Origin: Candidatus Omnitrophota bacterium
GTDB lineage: Bacteria; Omnitrophota; Gorgyraeia; JAHJTE01
Length of the DNA: 64,000 nt
Assembly: GCA_018830005.1 (NCBI GenBank)
Contig: JAHJTE010000003.1
Coordinates: 7,674-71,673 of the forward strand
Direction: 5' to 3'
Part shown: one piece after another, positions 60,469 through 64,000 of the stretch
Numbering within the stretch: position 1 is the first letter of the stretch
How the letters are laid out: each line of letters begins with the position of its first letter
Made by a program: the position numbers and the translations under genes
The notes under the pieces: model-generated
What the model saw: the letters and a program-made list of their open reading frames with translations, nothing else
The model's database searches: none
What the model was told of the DNA's origin: nothing

Positions 60469-61293
60469 GAATTCGAATAAGCAGATTGAAAGATCCTTAC
60501 TATAGCCGCCTTCTAAGACACAAAATTTTGGCTTACCTAACTTAGCAATCAATTCACCTATTATTCTATAGCTAGTCTTATCTAGCTTAATCCCTCCTAA
60601 GGGATCTCTTGCGTAGGTATCAAAGCCAGCAGAGACAGCTATTAAATCTGGATTAAAGTCGCTTGTAATCTTAAGAGCATTATTGAATACGCTAAGATAC
60701 TCGGCCTCTTCGGTTCCCGCTGCCAGAGGAAAATTATAACAATTCTTATCGCTCTCCAACCCTGTGCCAGGATAGAGCGGGCTTTGGTGCAGCGAAAGAT
60801 AAATAATGTCTTCTGCTCCCTTAAATATATCCTCTGTTCCATTACCGTGGTGACAATCAAAATCAATTATGGCTATTCTCCTGCCCTCACCGCGCATCTT
60901 CTCTACAGCGATTGCAATATTATTAAAATAACAAAATCCACCCAGGCAATCACGTGTTGCGTGATGTCCTGGCGGCCGCATAAGAGAAATTGAGACGCCA
61001 AATTTGATACTGAGCTCTGAAGCTAAAATAGCAGCCCCGGCTGAAAGTGCTGCATATTCGAAGATATTAGAAAATGCTGGCGTATCAGGGTCGTAGAATT
61101 CCCCGCTTTTTACCTCCTGCAATAATTTAGCGCTGTGCACCCTAAGGATATCTTCCTCAGAACAAGAACTAGGTTCAATAAACTTGAAATCCTTGCTCTT
61201 AAGAAGCTCGTAACAGCGCTTTAGCCTCTGGGGAGATTCAGGATGTCCTGCCTGCTCAAATTCAAAGCATTTTTTTGAGAAAATAATTTTCAT
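60442..61293 (-). CDS. histone deacetylase / acetoin utilisation (AcuC/AphA) family deacetylase
   Basis: DFDCHHGNG metal-binding motif, 283 aa. Confidence 0.8.
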   Translation of the reverse strand: MKIIFSKKCFEFEQAGHPESPQRLKRCYELLKSKDFKFIEPSSCSEEDILRVHSAKLLQEVKSGEFYDPDTPAFSNIFEYAALSAGAAILASELSIKFGVSISLMRPPGHHATRDCLGGFCYFNNIAIAVEKMRGEGRRIAIIDFDCHHGNGTEDIFKGAEDIIYLSLHQSPLYPGTGLESDKNCYNFPLAAGTEEAEYLSVFNNALKITSDFNPDLIAVSAGFDTYARDPLGGIKLDKTSYRIIGELIAKLGKPKFCVLEGGYSKDLSICLFEFLSGISRSQ

Positions 61294-61454
61294 CGCTAAT
61301 TGTCTTTGGAAATAAGCTGTCTAAAAAATAAAAGAGTAGCTCTAGATAGTGAAGGATTGCACTACTTCTTTATCCTTGCTACTCTCTTTGCGTCCCGGCT
61401 GGAAATCTTAACTCTTTAGGAGGCTTGCTAGTTAAGACTTCAGGAAGGCATGCT

Positions 61455-61715
61455 TTATTCAGTTACCTTAAAAACAACATCATTCTCGTGAACCTTGCTA
61501 GTAACCTTGATACCAACAGAATCCCCTGCATTTGCCTCAGTTGCATCTTTATGTTCTACCTGCATAGAATCGACTGTCTGCTGGAAATCTTCTGAATGCC
61601 CCTTAATATGGATTGCATCACCTACTTTCAGAGAATCCGTAAGTTCAATTATTGCTACACCTATCTTACTAAAATAATGGCTGATCTTTCCAATCTCTTT
61701 CTCTGGCATATTCAC
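61455..61715 (-). CDS. small hypothetical protein (possible EF-Tu domain-2-like beta-barrel)
   Basis: 86-aa ORF with RBS context, coupled to the hemerythrin-like gene. Confidence 0.35.
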   Translation of the reverse strand: MNMPEKEIGKISHYFSKIGVAIIELTDSLKVGDAIHIKGHSEDFQQTVDSMQVEHKDATEANAGDSVGIKVTSKVHENDVVFKVTE

Positions 61716-61736
61716 CTCCTTTAATAAGCCTCACTT

Positions 61737-62261
61737 CTATAAATCACTAACAAGCTGCCTATATTTTTCATGTAAAATAGCCTGATCAAAATCGCTAAAT
61801 CTTTCAAGTATGATCTTCTGTTCAGACTCACTAAATAACTTAATTGACTTAGGGAAAAATACTGACTCTTCTTTGCCTTCATGCAATTTTAAAAGAGAAT
61901 GGTAATCCTGGATTAAAGAATCCAACTCGTAAGAATCAGCAAAATCGCCTTGCTTAAATTGTTGATAGAAGTAACACATCTTCTCCTGCATCTTCCTAAA
62001 ACCTACATGCTCAAGCTTTAACTCTTCCATTAAATTCTTTAAATCAACTGATAGATTCTTTAATTCACATTCAGCGAAAAGGATTCTCTCTTCCTTACCA
62101 TGATGGCCAAGATCAGCATAAGAACATAAAAAATCGATAAATTGACTTAGGTCTTGCAGGCAGGATTTATCTCCTCGCCAGTCCTTAGATTTATTGAGCA
62201 TTTGAACACCTGCACGCTCAATCAACTTATGTTCGATTACCAGAAATTGGATAGGACTCAT
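61737..62261 (-). CDS. hemerythrin-like HHE cation-binding domain protein
   Basis: H...E and HHGKEERILF motifs typical of hemerythrin-like di-iron domains; 174 aa. Confidence 0.5.
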   Translation of the reverse strand: MSPIQFLVIEHKLIERAGVQMLNKSKDWRGDKSCLQDLSQFIDFLCSYADLGHHGKEERILFAECELKNLSVDLKNLMEELKLEHVGFRKMQEKMCYFYQQFKQGDFADSYELDSLIQDYHSLLKLHEGKEESVFFPKSIKLFSESEQKIILERFSDFDQAILHEKYRQLVSDL

Positions 62262-62404
62262 AGAGACTATTATACTCCTTACTTAAAAAAATACACAAGA
62301 AAAAAATACTTGGCATCTTGAAATATTACTCTGGCTATGGCATACTTTATTCGGAAACAACAGGAGGTATCAAGATAGCGCAAGCTATCAGGTTTATCAC
62401 CTAC

Positions 62405-62436
62405 AAAAAGGCCTCATAATCTATGGGGCCTTTTTT
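62405..62436 (-). terminator. rho-independent terminator immediately after the 62440-62991 gene
   Basis: AAAAAGGCC-13nt-GGCCTTTTT perfect hairpin with flanking A/T runs, starts 4 bp beyond the stop codon. Confidence 0.65.
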
Positions 62437-62439
62437 GTC

Positions 62440-62991
62440 TCATACTAGCTTGGCAATGATTCCTGAAAGGACAGCTACATCTTCCGTAGAAAAAATATCC
62501 TCTATACTACTGTCAAAAAGGATGTTGGCTTCAGCGGGAAATTCCTCATCCTCACCCCAGAGCGAAATCATGACTGGAACGTTTCTGAAGGCCTCAAGCA
62601 CAATAGAACAATCGCTGTATTGTATTTTTTTTCCAGGAAGTCTTTCTAAACAGTCCAGCAGACTACTGGGGGATTTGCCATACTTTCGGATAATCGGATC
62701 AATTGTCCTCTTACGGAATGCATCGTAATAGCCTTTGCCTCCGGCAAGTTGCTGAAAACTAATCCAGTTTTCCTTAATCTGAGGCAGGCCTTTTAATTTT
62801 TGAATAAGATAGTGCAAGATTAAAATGCTTATATACTCGGGAGAGACTGCATTGCAGGATAAAGAAAACACCTTCCTCTTATTGGTGTCTATCTCGTACT
62901 TATCAGCCAGGAATGCCGTATTGATTTTTTCTTCTCTAGTAAGCTGACTTACTTTATCCCAGGCATTCTGAAAAGCTACATCATAACCCAT
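62440..62991 (-). CDS. hypothetical protein (DUF-type, conserved Cys residues)
   Basis: 183-aa ORF ending at a strong terminator; no recognisable catalytic motif. Confidence 0.4.
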   Translation of the reverse strand: MGYDVAFQNAWDKVSQLTREEKINTAFLADKYEIDTNKRKVFSLSCNAVSPEYISILILHYLIQKLKGLPQIKENWISFQQLAGGKGYYDAFRKRTIDPIIRKYGKSPSSLLDCLERLPGKKIQYSDCSIVLEAFRNVPVMISLWGEDEEFPAEANILFDSSIEDIFSTEDVAVLSGIIAKLV

Positions 62992-62994
62992 AGA

Positions 62995-63942
62995 TTATTT
63001 GGGCTCTATCTCTTTTAAATACTTATAATAATCGCTGTCAGTTGTCAGGATTATAGTGCTTTTATCATCAATACTTTCAGAATAGGTCTCCAGCGTCTTT
63101 AAAAATGAGTAAAATTGAACATCTTTATTGTAGGCATCAGCGTAAATCTTAATTGCCTCAGCATCAGCCTCTCCTTTAATGACTTGGGCCTTTTTATAGG
63201 CCTCTGAGGTAATCTGCTTTAATTCTTTTCCAACTTGACCTTCAATCTCTGCCGCTTTACCTTGACCTTCGGAACGATATTCTTCTGCAGCGCGTTTTCT
63301 TTCGGCAATCATACGTTCATAGACCTTTTTGCGCACATCTTCAACGTAATTTATTCGCTTTATGCGCACATCAACCAGCTCAATACCATATTGAGGCGCT
63401 AATTTGCTCGCCTTCATCAAAATCAACTTATCTAATTCTTCTCGTCCAAGTTTAATACGCTCCAGTGCCTCCTCTGGAACAGAGACATCCTCTTCTAGCT
63501 TTTCGCTATCCAGGATACGATTTGTATCTCTGACAGCCTCTACCAAGAGATGACTGGTGATAACATCACGCGTTGCGGAATTGATAATGTCATCCACTCT
63601 AGCATGAGCAGCAAGCTCATTACCAACTGCCTGCAAAAAGTCTAAGGCATTAACTATCTTCCAGCGCGCATATGCATCCACCCAGATATATTTTTTATCC
63701 CGCGTAGGAATCTGATTAGGGTCACCATCCCATTCTAATAACCTCTTTTCAAAATAATGTGCCTGTTGAATTAGGGGTTTCTTAAAATGTAGTCCAGCCG
63801 TAGTTATAGGTTCGCCTACCGGTTCTCCAAACTGGGTTATAACTACCTGCTTTGTCTCATCAATAATAAAAACCAAACCTGTAGCAAATAAACCGATTAT
63901 TAAAATCAACAAAACTCCTGCGATATTAACAAAATTTTTCAT
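62995..63942 (-). CDS. hflC: SPFH/band-7 family protease modulator (HflC-like)
   Basis: N-terminal TM, SPFH domain, coiled-coil C-terminus; 315 aa; probable hflK partner starts just beyond the window end. Confidence 0.8.
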   Translation of the reverse strand: MKNFVNIAGVLLILIIGLFATGLVFIIDETKQVVITQFGEPVGEPITTAGLHFKKPLIQQAHYFEKRLLEWDGDPNQIPTRDKKYIWVDAYARWKIVNALDFLQAVGNELAAHARVDDIINSATRDVITSHLLVEAVRDTNRILDSEKLEEDVSVPEEALERIKLGREELDKLILMKASKLAPQYGIELVDVRIKRINYVEDVRKKVYERMIAERKRAAEEYRSEGQGKAAEIEGQVGKELKQITSEAYKKAQVIKGEADAEAIKIYADAYNKDVQFYSFLKTLETYSESIDDKSTIILTTDSDYYKYLKEIEPK

Positions 63943-64000
63943 TGCTTTGCCTCCCCGATATTCAACAACGGCAAAATAGAAGATTGCTTCGGATCTATTA

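Noticed and set aside
61294-61454. Long-range pairing AAGAGTAGC...GCTACTCTT (about 45-nt loop) in the intergenic region between the HDAC-like gene and the 86-aa ORF
   Set aside because: It could be a leader structure or small RNA, but the stem is short, the loop is long and there is no terminator-like U-run. Evidence is insufficient to call a feature.

Overview
The window is a low-GC (~38%) bacterial chromosomal segment with no rRNA, tRNA, CRISPR or mobile-element signatures, and almost all genes lie on the minus strand. Positions 1-19.9 kb are housekeeping: the rseP-dxr-cdsA-uppS block, an OmpA-like lipoprotein, a GT2/GT-C glycosylation pair, a membrane H+-pyrophosphatase, purA, an HMGL-family synthase, serA, def and a marR-tolC-RND efflux operon that lacks a membrane-fusion protein gene. 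Positions 20-30 kb hold a dense, translationally coupled signalling cluster. It contains two cytoplasmic histidine kinases, three single-domain receiver proteins, a GAF-ANTAR RNA-binding regulator, a REC-GGDEF(GGDDF)-MshEN-like protein and an orphan PilM/N-PilO-PilP(GspC-like) inner-membrane module. That module has no ATPase, platform protein, pilin or secretin of its own, which makes the cluster a candidate undescribed c-di-GMP/two-component-wired system. Positions 30-36.7 kb are a glycan locus (GtrB-like GT2, TPR-bearing GT-C membrane protein, FkbM methyltransferase, UDP-GlcNAc 2-epimerase-like enzyme) next to a type IV major pilin paralog with a Thr/Gly/Ala-rich tail. Positions 36.8-48.5 kb are a type IV pilus / T2SS-like locus: two diverged PilB/GspE-PilC/GspF pairs flank a major pilin, two pseudopilins, a PilX-like 546-aa protein and a second PilM/N-PilO-PilP set. 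No secretin, PilT or prepilin peptidase is visible in the window. Downstream lie a 707-aa N-anchored protein, a lipoprotein, a peptidoglycan-binding protein, a divergent bL27 homolog, CDF, MATE and Na/Pi-PhoU transporters, a TreT-like trehalose synthase coupled to a Cys-rich tandem zinc-ribbon protein, dus, a DJ-1/PfpI protein, an HDAC-family protein, a hemerythrin-like protein and HflC. All calls rest on reading motifs and architectures in the supplied translations; no database searches could be run.
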